From Oopsacas minuta (taxonomy: Eukaryota; Animalia; Porifera): a stretch of 64,000 nt of DNA. The position numbers and the translations under genes are program-made. Every line of letters begins with the position of its first letter. Positions within the stretch are counted from its first letter, which is position 1. The DNA lies in assembly GCA_024704765.1 (NCBI GenBank), contig JAKMXF010000122.1:329356-393355 (forward strand), read 5' to 3'. This document shows, piece after piece, positions 14,054 to 26,973 of the stretch. The notes under the pieces were generated by a model. That model was not told the origin of the DNA and did no database searches. It was given only the letters and a program-made list of their open reading frames with translations.

Positions 14054-16252
14054 TATACACAATACACTTATTTACCATATCATTAATCTTTTTTCTAGCT
14101 TTTTGGCAATATATTTCATAATTGTCCTAAAGATTAGCTTCCACTGGCAATTTTTAGGAAAATAATGACGTAGAATTCGATTCCGATACTCAACACGGAA
14201 CAATGCTACGAACTTGTCACGGAACTCAGATAGGAAAGCGACTTTATAGTTCAGTTTTTACTTGTTCAATTGATCAAAATCTTTCAGATTAACTGAATTA
14301 ACAGGTGTAGTTAAATCCGGGGCAAAAGTCAAGGGCTATCCCCCGGTTATCGATTCCTACCTTCATGGAGCAGGGGAAGAGGCCAAAGTTCCTGAATCCC
14401 CTATTTTTGCCCCGACGCTTTCCCCTAGGACCTCAACTGATTGGGATAGACAGGTTAATTTGAATGCAAATAATTACTCTATCGTTCAATTTCGCAAAAG
14501 TTTCAAATCCCAATTTAGTACATGTCTAACTACGTTTGTTAATTTATTATTGCACAATAATTAACTTATGAAACCACAATATAGTAGAAATAATTAAATG
14601 CCCTATGGGATAAATATTTAACCATTGATAATTTTGATGTTCTTTCCATATACCTTAATTTATTAGAACTAAGAGGATCGTGATGCCAGAATATTCTTGC
14701 AAAATACAGTTGATAGTCTTATTACAAATACTAAATGCCGATTAAAGTTCTTAAGTTTTTATTAATAAACTAGCAGAGCTCAGACCTCCATTCTTTCAGT
14801 GTCTGTAAACCTCACAACGGACAATTTCAAAACTCTAAATATCCCCCACATGACAATTCCACAAACTACTGCAACGGAGCAATATGATTAGTTGTTGATT
14901 GTTCACTGAGAGATCCATCAGGAGGACGAGAAGCGTTCACAAGCATTAAAAGACATTCATGAGTGCCAATGGCCCCATAAAGCATTTCGCAGGAACTAGC
15001 AGAATCCTCCCGGAGGGCGGAGCTATGCTAGCATATTTATATTTCTAAACAGGGTTGCGACATTTCTACATACATCACAACTTATGCCATTAACAAACAT
15101 CAGGCAGTAGACAGGGGGGGCCAAGAGGGGCTCAACTCCCCCTAGAAAATTTTGGCACCATCTAAAGTGCTTTTGTCGTGCAATAACTACATCATATTAT
15201 CTTGGAATTCGAATAATTTACCTAATTCCTCATAGATATTTGTCCCTGGATGGTTGGGATGTATGCATTTATGTCAATAAATACCATTTTAATTCATTAT
15301 AGATACTACAGAAATTAAGTGCAAAATATCATTCAAAAAATACAACATAAGAAAGTCTGTTCTAAAATATACATAGCAGTGTTTTATAGACCCACACAAC
15401 GTTCTAGAATATACTTAAATATTCTTAATCTTTCTCACCTACTGCTATAATCCTGTTCATTGAGTCTATTGAGGATGATAGAACATATTCGCTTTTCTGC
15501 CAATTTGATGGATCAGATCGCCTTCATATGAATTATGTTGATAACAATGACTGGTAAACAGAACTTGGTTTGATCAAATTAATCACAAATTTAGTCGATA
15601 TTTATCTGAATTTTGGACTTCTATCTAGTTTATTCTAATTTATTGACCCAAGAGTAAGTTGGTCTTGATTGAGTTATTTATTTGCACTCAATTACTAGAG
15701 TTTGTCCCAATTAATCGGAGGTGTCCATATTAACTGAAAATATTTAGTATAAACTTTAACTTGAGTAATGTAAATACCTCTATTATTATAGACATAAACA
15801 TGGTGGCCCATCAGACTTACATAAATCTTTCTTCATGTTTAGCTATGTAAACCAGTTGACAAAACTTTCCAGGTCTATTCTCACCAAACTTATACAAACA
15901 GTTTCCATTAGAGTCTCATACCCGAATTATGCTATTAACCAGTCAGCTACAAAAGATTCCAAAAGTCAAAAAATTTCCATCCCTACCCATTTTCTTGATA
16001 CTTCTAGTAACAAGAAGACACCTAATCATTGTAAATGACTTCTCCCTTAAATCAATAATTCCAACGAATTCCAGAAATTCATCAATATCTGAGTCATATT
16101 GTATCATGGTTTTAGTTCAGTGATGTTTGAGTTCTTTCAATGTCTGTGTATTGTATTTTACATTTTGTTAATTAAAAGAATTCAAAAGTTCACTTGAAAT
16201 GTAGGAACAATACCCCAAACACAATAAATTCGAATTTTTCCCGATATATCTA

Positions 16253-17612
16253 CCAGGTGGGCCAAAAAGACCAGAACCCGTAATAAATTTGTTATTTCTC
16301 TACTTTCTTCAAGGGTAGAGAATTAAAACTTAAATATTATCAAATTCCAAGTATTTAAATCAAAAATGCAAGTTTATACTATCCTAGCTCAAGTGGTTCT
16401 TGATCTATAGAACATGTTCGAGGTGGCATCTATTTAGATTTGCGCATTTTCCCAGGCGTAAAACAAGTTCTGCATCACTGATTTGCAACTTACCCTTGAG
16501 ATGCTTCTCATCTCCTCCTGGATCTTTTTCTTAAGTTCTCCGAGTGTCCTTGGCTTTGTAGCATATACCCTGCCCTTCAGGAACCCCCAGAGGTAATAGT
16601 CTGGGGGACTGAGATCCGGAGAGTAGGGTGCCCACTCATGGTCACACTTGCGACTGATCACTGGGCTTCCGAATTGGTTCTTGATCCAATTCAGGCTTTT
16701 GTTTGAGGTATGGGGTGTTGCTCCATCCTGTTGGAACCAGAATTTGGGCAGGTATCCTCTATAATTCTCTTCAAGCTCCTTCCAGAAGACTTCCAGGATC
16801 TTAAGGTAACGGTCGGTGTAAACGTCACAGTATTTTGTTGCTCCTCGGAGAACAACGAGCCAACTACCCCTTTCATTGAGAATGCAGCCAAATCTGTGAC
16901 CTCTGAGAATGTAGAGGTTTTTCTGTCACTTCTGCCGGTCGTTCTGAACCCCAGTAGACCTTGTTTCTAGAATTCACCTGCCCATCAAGATGAAAATGAG
17001 CTTCGTCCGTTGTCCAGAGATGGTCCAAGAAGATCTTTGATGTCTCAATCAGAGCAAATAACAACTTAGCCATCTCAAATCTCTTCACCTTGTCGGAATT
17101 TGCGAGTTTCTGGTGTATCTGTATACGAGTATGCCTATAGTCTTAAGTCATTATGAAGAACCTTGCGAAGTGTAGTGCATGATAAGCCAAGCAATTGACA
17201 CCTCTTTCTTGTCGACCTCTTTGGGGAGTGAAGAACGACTAACGAACGACTTTGATAACTTCATCCGTACGGATCTTCTTCCTCCCTGAGTAGCTCAGAC
17301 GACTATCTAATTTAGAGTTGAGGTTCTTAACAGTGCCCTCCTGTTCAAATTTCTTGATCCATCCAAAGATAATGGATTTGCTGGGTGCTTGGGCTGCTTA
17401 AACTCTTGCGAAAATTTGGTCTGTACAGCATTGTAAGAATGTAACTTGTAGTAGAACTTGACACAGTATATTCGCTTCTCTGTGCTCCACTGCTTGTCAT
17501 TACGCGCCTAATAGAGGTATCTACCATATCCTAATATATTATTTGATTAGTACAAAAGGCATAAGCAGAAAGAACGAAAATCACTTGGGATTTGTTTTTT
17601 TGGCCCACCCGA
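16253..17612 (-). mobile_element. Tc1/mariner transposon, DD41D (rosa-like); decayed
   Basis: TIRs CCAGGTGGGCCAAAAAG / TCGGGTGGGCCAAAAAA, flanked by TA. Motifs WTTDEAHFHL, WFQQDGATPHT and WAPYSPDLSPPDYYLWG, with 41 residues between the last two Asp. Confidence 0.92.
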
Positions 17613-17619
17613 TACAATT

Positions 17620-18140
17620 ATCGCTAACACAACAAAGTCAATTATCCAAATGTTTTCATTGTTCTAAAACACATATCCAATTATCTAAAATATACAATGT
17701 AGTATTATTCACATTACAACAATGTACAGTTATCCAATGGAAGAATATCTAAATTCCCAAAGTATATTTTCAAATCTGCCTATTCCAAAAATGTTCTGTC
17801 GTTCACAATACAACAATGTGCAAAGTTCCAAAGATAGGACCAATATTTCCAAATGCAACAATTTCATTTTCCCCAAAATATTCCACAATTTTCTCAATTA
17901 ATCTTATCTTCCATTCTCCCATTTGCAAAAATCTCTTTTTGTTCACAACACAACAATATCCAATATTCCCAGTGTACAACAATGTCTTTTTCTTCCAAAT
18001 ATATATATAATGATCCCAAAAGCTACTATCTCCAAATGCTTTACATTTGCTAATTATTTGGAGATAGTCCCGTTATGACAATGCCACATTGTCCAATTAT
18101 CACAAGTTTACTACTGTCCAAAATTCTTCAAGTGTCTAAA
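17620..18140. repeat. Degenerate short-period repeat (ACAATGTCCAATT-like); similar tract at ~9020-9350
   Basis: Recurrent ACAATG/TCCAA(A)T words with no clean period. Confidence 0.4.
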
Positions 18141-19029
18141 ATATTCACATTAGAAATTTCTGAATGTCAGTTGTGTGACTAGATGTGACCACGAGTACAC
18201 ATGGCATATTTTGTGTCTACATCTAAAAGTGTGAATAGCAGAGCAAAACAAATATACATATATACTAAGTCAACCATTTTAATTTACTGTGCTATGAATG
18301 AGTACTAGTCGCCATAGTAAAAACCGGATCAGGATTTTTAATATATTTGGGCAATTAAATTGATTTCTGTTTATTTGGTAACCAAACATACAGACAACAG
18401 TTGCAAATATAAAATATGATGAATTTGTGTGCTTCGCTTTCTATGTCGCTCGTTACTGTACTATTGCCAGATGAGACAATTGCGGGATCATTTCTTTCTG
18501 GTGCTTACTTACGTTTTGTAATAAAAATTTGTTGAATTTGACTAGTGAATCATTATTCATAAATTGAATTAACAAAAATATCAAGTATCGTATCCTTTTT
18601 TTAGTAATTCTATATTGATGTCACATCTAAGCTATTAAGATCGTACGATAATTGATTTCTCGATCACGATCGCGATACTTTTTTGACGATCGGGCGACGA
18701 TCGGCGGTAGTTGTTTTTTAGGGGTCGGAAGTAGAACGCGATCATTATTTGCATAAAAGTTCTCGATAATTATTTCGATCATTTTTCTATACTCTGGATG
18801 CTACTATCATTTGCATTTTAATGCTTATGTAATTGTTCCAATTTGGAGTTCAACAATCAGTAATATTCGTTCAAAGAGTGTGTTGATTCTCCATTGCTGT
18901 TTAATATGCAACCATAAATATAAAGATATTATAGTTCGGTTTGAGTAATGGATTCGTTACGAAAACACTCTGAATCATAATTATTTTATTGTGTAAGGTT
19001 TATCTTCTAATAATATGTGTACTATTCAG

Positions 19030-20476
19030 AAAAGACTGTAAAGGAAGTGCGAATTTGGAAAGGCCACGAATTTGATTTATCCTAAGTCAGAACATAATCA
19101 TGGATTACAAGACTATCGTGCAGAAGTATATGCAATTAAATCAAAGTGCAAAACAAAAGCTCATACCTCGCATCACAATCTGAAACTAATATTCAACGAT
19201 GCCACGAGATCAAATCCTTCTGCTTCTCAAGTCACATTTCAAGAATGTGAATCGTCAATGTTTCGGGCAAGGAAAACATTATACCCTATGATCCCACAAT
19301 CTACTAGTGAATTTAGTGAAGTTCAACCCACAACAACATTTGCAGAATTCATAAGGCTACTATCAGTGTAGATGCTCGGATAGCTGCCATTTCTTTTCTG
19401 ACAAATTATACGATCTTCTCGCAGAGATTACCAGTATCCAATTTGACTGGACATTCTACACCGTGCCTAGACAATTTTACCAATGGTGTACTCTTTTTCT
19501 TCCATTTGGGAAACATGCAATTCCTACCATTCACTGCTTGCTGACTAATAAAGATCATCTGCTATATGTGGCAGTTATACAGAAGATAAGAGAACTTGTT
19601 CCTCAGCTAGGACCGGATTGTCGATGTCAGGTATGGAAACCAGTAGTTCGGAATGGTGTCAAGCGAGTTTATCCAGGAATTCAAGTGAACGAGTGCTGAT
19701 TCCATTATGCGCAAGCTATTTTTAGAAAACTCAAAAGTATGGTAAGGCTCCGACTTACGGAGGAAATTCTGATTGTGAATCATTCGTTAAGAAGTTCATG
19801 GCAATTCCGTTTCTTCCAGCTAAATTGATTCTTCCAACATATACCCTTCTTCAAATTCCAACATTGCAACAGAGTCAATTGAAGAAAAAGTATTTTGAAT
19901 TCTTTTAAGAAGCAGTGGCTAACAAAATGGGTCTTGAAGGACTGTCAATTTTTAACCTTAAAATGTAACAAACAATGCAGCAGAAAGTTATCATGGTTAA
20001 ATTAAGTCTATCATAAAATCAAGGCATCCAAGAATTTGGAGTTTCCTGTCATTCACAATATAATTGCTGCCTTTGATAATGAAATGGCCCGAATACAGGA
20101 AAGAAGAGAGGTAATGCGACCAAGCAAAAGAAGAACGTATTGAATAATGAACATCGAAAGCGCTGCAAATATAACTGTTGAGTGGGAGTTACTCTCCCAT
20201 CCAATTTCTCGAAAGAATTAGTTACGATATAGGCAATGCTACTTCATTAGAAGGCACAATTAATTCAGATGATTTGGATGTGTTAGAGGAGCTGAATCTT
20301 TTGGTAATGAAACAAATAAATGTGTAGTTGGCCTACAAACAAGGTATACCACTTAGGGATTCATGCCTTACAAGCATGCAAATGGTTGCACACAGAGTAG
20401 CGACACAATTGAGCAACTTCAACAGACTTGTCCAACTTGCAGAGGCATAGTTGAAGGCAAATTTCAAATTTTCTAA
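19030..20476 (+). pseudogene. MULE (Mutator-like) transposase remnant with a C-terminal RING finger
   Basis: SEHNH; QFDWTFYTVPRQFYQ..HAIPTIHCLLTNK..LY (D in the DGTF motif); FHYAQAIFRK. It ends in CVVGL..FMPYKHANGC..QTCPTCRGIVEGKFQIF* (20321-20476). TIRs were not identified. Confidence 0.8.
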
Positions 20477-20796
20477 ATTAATATCTCTTGCACATTTTAT
20501 AATGCATACCTAGTTAAGTAATATTTTCTATATATCATATTTCAAAATAAATTTCAATTCTCACGTATATTTAGAAATCTCTAAATTAATGAATCAGACA
20601 GTTGGAATTCGACTTAATGTAAACAATGAAATTCGACCTTATGCATTCATATTTAATTCGAAGAAATGCCAACACACAGACTTCGACCTGAAGCAGCGCT
20701 CCCAATCTTTCTGTGGCAGCTAATGCTATTGCATAGCAATACACCCCGATAATCCGAACAACTTCGCTATACACTTTCTATTTTGGTGTTCGGATA

Positions 20797-22126
20797 CTAG
20801 GGCGTTCAATAAGTCTTGCGGGTGATATCATAGAATATGATACAAACACTATACACACTAATTCACTATATCATATATCCAAAGTAATCCCCTCCTGCAG
20901 ATACACAAAGTTTTAACCTTTCCACCCACTTGTAAAACACATATCTGTACTCTTCTTCGGGGATGGATTTGAGGTACTGGTACAGGCCCTTTCCGAGTGC
21001 TTGTAATGTGTTAAAATCTTTGCCTTGAAGGTAGATTTAAAGCTTGGGGAATAGCCAAAAGCACACGGAAGTTAGGTCTGGTGAGTATGGTGGATGGGGA
21101 AGTAATTCTAATCCTTCTACATCCAAGGAATCTTTGGTAAGCTTAGCTATATGGGAACTGGCGTTATTAATTAATATCTTCATTCCTCGAGTTCCGGTTT
21201 TCGGCGGTACTTTTCTAGATATTTTATCAAATTTAGAAGCACTTGCTCTGTAAAGAAAGTAGCACTAACAGCCTTGCCACTCTCACAAGGTAATTGCAAG
21301 ACAATTCCATGACTACTGAAGAAGATGGTATACATAATTTTAGGTTTTCTGAAGTCAGGCCTAGGAATTTCGCCGGTTGTTCGTCGCCCCTCACCTATGA
21401 TCGCTTCTTATACTTACTATATGGTGTTGAATAGTACACCCACGTCTCGTCACCAGTAATAATCTATGTTAGGCGTCTAGAGTCACAGTTCTCATAAGTT
21501 TCCAAGTGTTTCCTGGCAATATTCAGTCGTGCCAACCTTTGATTCTCACTGAGCTTATGCGGGACCTATTTCTCACAAATCGGTCGGTAGCCAAGCTCAG
21601 TCGTCAGAATTGTATGAATAGCTCCCGATGAAATCTCCATACTTTGTTATAACTGATTGACAGTAATGTCTTGGATTCCATGACCATACTTTCAATGAGT
21701 GCGTTATTCTCTGAATTGGTGGCGGATACCCGTCCTCCAGATCGAGGCAAATCTGTGACATCAGCATCACCAGATCCAAACGGGCAGCCCATCGCTCTAC
21801 AGTAGATCTGAAAGAGCAATCCACGCATAGTATCTCCTGTAACTCACTGAAGATCTGTACTGGCTGAATCTTGAGTATTGTGCGAAACTCTATGTAAGCT
21901 CGCCATTTGAAGTTGAAATTATCATCCTTTGAAGCGATAAATTCAACAGTGGGTATAAATTGACTACACGTAACTATCTCAAAAATACATGATTTGTATT
22001 GAATAAGCTTGAAACTTTCGGATATGGAGTTTAACTATAAGGGCTTATACTATATGAAAGTTAGATATATTACTTGGTTAATTCCTAAGATAATTCATGG
22101 CCCGCCAGACTTATCCAACGCCCTGA
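20797..22126 (-). mobile_element. mariner (DD34D) transposon; decayed; same family as 53224-54513
   Basis: TIRs CTAGGGCGTTCAATAAGTCTTGCGGG / TCAGGGCGTTGGATAAGTCTGGCGGG, flanked by TA. LPHPPYSPDL motif on the minus strand. Confidence 0.92.
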
Positions 22127-25100
22127 TAACTGAAATAGCGCATTTACACTATGAGATTGTCAGCTCAGCCATTGGGAAATTGTGAATTTGTAATTTCGTA
22201 GATTTGACTCCACCTACTTTTTGCAATTTTGGCATAAAATGGTCACACGATCCGAAAACTTAGTACCAAAGTAGAATTAAGCATTTAGCTGAGATGAAAT
22301 TCGGACAATTTCTAGAAACTAAACATACTAACTGCTGTTTGGATAATCGATCTAAGATGGATGACGCAATATAGGTGTTTCGCTCTGCTGTTCATACCTT
22401 CAGAGATTAAGGCACCAATTTTGGCATGTGTACTCGTAGTTATATCTAGTTGGCACCTGATGTTTAAAAATTTCTAAGTGATTATTTCACACCTTTCTGC
22501 CATATAATTCCATAATAATGCTAGAATTTTCGTTGTAACAGATTGTATGGGGTAGCCAATGATGCAGTTTTCTGTTTTGCATTTTCAAATCTCTCACTCA
22601 ATAACAGGAGAATGTCGTTTGAGGGGGCTATAAACCCCGAAAATAGCACAAACAAATAACCTTGAGCTGTACTACCAGCATGTCGACTGGATATTTTGGA
22701 ATTTCTTCACTTTACTTGATAGGTGAGGAGTTGCGTTATATTTCAGAAATTTGGAGATGTTAATTTTGTTAAATTAAGTACCCAAATATCTAATGCTGTT
22801 ATATCATACTCTCAATGACTATATTGATGTAATTGAGTACCTAGGAATTTGTGTAATTCATATGTAAATGTAAGACGAAATTCTCAGTATGTTGTTAAAG
22901 TACATTTTTCGGGTTAAAGATACTCTATCACCTCAGCAGAGTCGTTGGAGTTTGTTAGTAGCAAAATTTGATTTTGTGTACTTAATTTAACAAATTTTAT
23001 ATTGAATTCATAACTAATATGTTCTTTTTGTATTATGATAATATGACTATCAGCTCACAAAAATTATTGAAGGTAAGATTTCATTTCAAAATAATTTGTG
23101 GTTTCATTTCTCTTGATATTTAAATATTCACAATATGTTGTTTGCAATGAGATATTCTCCGTATATAATTGTAAATGATGATTCTTAATCAAATATATAC
23201 TTCATCTACATATTCTACAATATTCAAACAGAAATTCGCAAAATTATGCTCACTAAATTGTATTAGTACTCGTCTAATCTATTACCTCAGTAATGTTATT
23301 TAAGGTATGATTTTGATGATAATATATATTTTATGCACTGTATCGATCAAATGTCATCAGAAATTGATAACTTGATATTTACAATACCATAATATGTATC
23401 TCAAATGTCATATATGTGAACTTGTTGTAGCAATTTTAAACAGAAATTCACGATATATTGTTTACTATACAATATTGGACTCATAATAACCGAGTGCCAC
23501 TAAATCCGGGCAAGTTCACAAGTGTCTGATAATGTCAATTCCTTTGTCACCATATCTTTATGTTGGTTGATATTTAAGTATACACTACTTGGCAACTTTT
23601 CATAAGAAATTATTGTCGAGACTGGTGTACTTCGAAAAATGGAGACCTAATCATAGATGCAGAGAAGAGACATAGGGGTAGGCAAATCAATTATAATGGC
23701 GTAAAACAGAAGAGGTAAGGAACGAGTCATTTGAAAGCATGAACATCTGGCTTGTAAAGACTAGTCAGAGGAGAAAGTATTAAACTTGGGAAGAAATGAG
23801 TACAGAATATTTGTCCTAAAATATAGCAAGTAACAGGGAGTGAATGGGGCTACTCAAGATGTAGATAGTACATATAGGAGATGTAAGGACTGTGACACAT
23901 CACCAGAGGCTCATCAATTGATTCAAATCCATAACCAGCCCAGAATACCTTTCCAAAAGTAAAGGAGATAAAGGGAAGTCAATTAGGAGACCTATGAAGA
24001 TGTTTGTACACTTGGGAGATCTACAGGGTGTATCATATGTTTTGATGGTGTATAAATTCATAATGTTTAAAGTTTTTTTACCAGACCACAATATAATATT
24101 GAATTCGATTTGCCTTACACTTAACTACTAAGTATAGGTACTACAATACACTTCTGTATGAATACATTCGCTTTGATTTGTATTTTTAGCTCATTATTTG
24201 CATTTCTTTTATATTTTTGGGATGTGAATGTCAAAGATCTTGGTTGTTCATTCGCCTGGAAGCAATTGTTATGTTGAAAACTGGAATTGAGCAGAAGATT
24301 GTAGCTTCGAGGCTAGGTGTCGGTTTGAGGTCGATACAAAGGTGGTGTCATAACGAGAAACATGGAAAAAGACCAAAGTTCTGAACTCCGTTCTGGTAGG
24401 ATTCCAATCATACAAAGCTCTGCAAGATAGTCATCTCAAAATCTCTAGGGGAGAGGGGGAAGTCGACACGTAAACCTGTACGTATTCTCAATGGTAAGGG
24501 ATATTCTATCTCGCATTCAAGTATATATCGTTAATTGACCAATTCTTTGGAGTCCAGTCATTCAAACGCCCTAAAATACCTCAATTGACACAGAAAATGA
24601 AGGATAAAAGCCTCCAGTTCGCTATAAGTCACATAAATTGGACAATTAGTGCCTGGAAATAGGTGTCGTGGATGAATTATCTTTCCAAGTATTCTCAATG
24701 CCAAATCGTCAAAACGATCGTATTGGGCTCGGAATTCAAATATCATTGAACCTATCATTCAGACCAAATTTCCCACAAATCAATGTCTGAGGGTATGATG
24801 TCCCACAGAGCTCTCTCAGAATTCCACATCATTCCTCCGAAACAAACGATAAATGGAGCCTACTATCGGATAATATCTTAGCCAAGACTTGTAGTTATTC
24901 AACAAACAGAACTGCAAATGCAGGCTCTATTCTGGAGAGATCAATGCTTGCCGACATGTCTGATTTTCTATTCATGCAGGATGGTGTCCCTCCTCACACT
25001 GCGAACTTGACACAAGATGGTGTGTAGAACACTTCCTCAATTTTGGAGGAAGGTTGAGTCGCCGGGTAACTCGCCAGATTTAAACCCGCTTGAAAACTTC

Positions 25101-26973
25101 TGGTCAATATTGAAAAATATCGTGTTGGACAAATGGTAAATGCTACTAAGCTGGAAGACTTAATTCTACAAGTAAAATCCGCATGGGGTGACATAGACCC
25201 TGATATTCTAGAAATTTTAATTTGTAGTATGCCAGGTAGGATACAACTTGTATTAGATAGGAATGGTGGTTATATTTGGCGAATAATTGGAACAAGTATT
25301 CGATTACGGATAATTCTACAGTAGAACCTCCGAGATCCGGAGAGTGTCCGGATCTCGGAATTTCATCTAGTATCACATGCCGAAACGGTCAAGCCTACAA
25401 AATTTCAACTCTCTGAGATGCGGACATTGTACATTTTTACCATATATTTTTATCCTTATTTATTCCTCCTATTGCCCTGACTTCCGATCCCTTATCTACA
25501 CCTAATAATAGTACGTTTATGAAATATATTGTTCCCTATTAAGATAATGGCGACTACATGTGTATCATCAAAGAAAAGGAAACATCATGCAGTTAGTCTC
25601 GAGTTAAAGCTGAGTATTATAGCAGAACTACAGGAAGGTCAAATCGCAGAGGTTAGTTTCAGATATTTTCATGTATCGAGGTCGACAGTAAATGATATCT
25701 GGAGACAGAGAAAAGATTGACAGTATCTAACGTGTTGCGATAATCCCACTGTCGTTAAGAAGCGCTGCATAATAAGGCAAGTTCACTTCCCAGAGCTTGA
25801 TAAAGCATGCCATATTTGGTTTTTACAACAGCGGTCTAAGGGTGCTCATAATTCAGGTCCTCTTCTACAAGAGAAGTCTTTATAATTATTTCCAAAATTT
25901 GTCCTCAAAGCGATCTGGGTGAATTCTGTGCGAGCCCCGGTTGGCTCCAAAAATTTGTCATCCCCATGGCATAAGTTCAGTTACACTCCAGTGAGAGGCG
26001 CTCCAGCAGACATCTCTGTTGTCGAACCTAATCGAAAGGAACTGCTGAGTGTGACAGAAAAAGGAGGGTACACTCGAGATTACATATTCAATGCCGACGA
26101 GACAGGGCTTAGGTGGAAATCAATGACATCAAAGTCTCTCGTTTCCGGTGGTGAAATAAATTTTAAGAACTTCAAACAGTCTAAAGACAGAGTGACTTTA
26201 CTTGCTTGCGCTAATGCTTCTAGGTCTGTCAAATCCCGCTGGGCTTCATGCATAAGAGTGCCAGGGCTGGTTGCTTCAAAAACACTAATATGGAATGTCT
26301 TCCAGTTAGTTATTTTGTACAAAAAAATATTGGATGGATGCCAATGTGGTTCAACTTTGGTTTCAACTAAAATTCCTACCTTGCGTAAAACAATTCTGTA
26401 AGAAAGTATCCATTGATTATAAGGCACTCTTATTATTGGACAATACACCACACACCCTTCAGTTGAAAAACATAATTCAGAAGATGGAAGAGTAGTAGCA
26501 ATGTTTTTACTAGCGAACACCACTTCAATCATTCAATACATCGATCAGGGCATCCTGGAGACAATGAAACGACGTTACAAGAAGCGCCTAGTACGCCATT
26601 TAATCCTTGAGGAGCGTACATTAGCATTATCCATACCTGAAATCCTGAAACTAGTAACGATCAGAGATGCAGTGTACTGGGCAGCCCAAAGTTGGGATGA
26701 TGCAACCACAGAAAATTATCAGCGGGTTGGAATAAATTATTTCCACTTTCCGATTGCTCTTTAGAGGCAGTAGATAGCACATCCTCACCAAATAATGAAT
26801 TGGGGGAATTCACAGATTTATTTTGGAAATGGGCTCTTCAGTGGTTGATGAAAATCGGCAGCAATCACAGGAGTGGCTTGATGAAGATGACGATCCAGGA
26901 TACCAACTTTTGGACGATGAAGAAATTTTCTCAGAAGTTTTAGCTACGAATACTGATGTTGAAGAAGACACTA

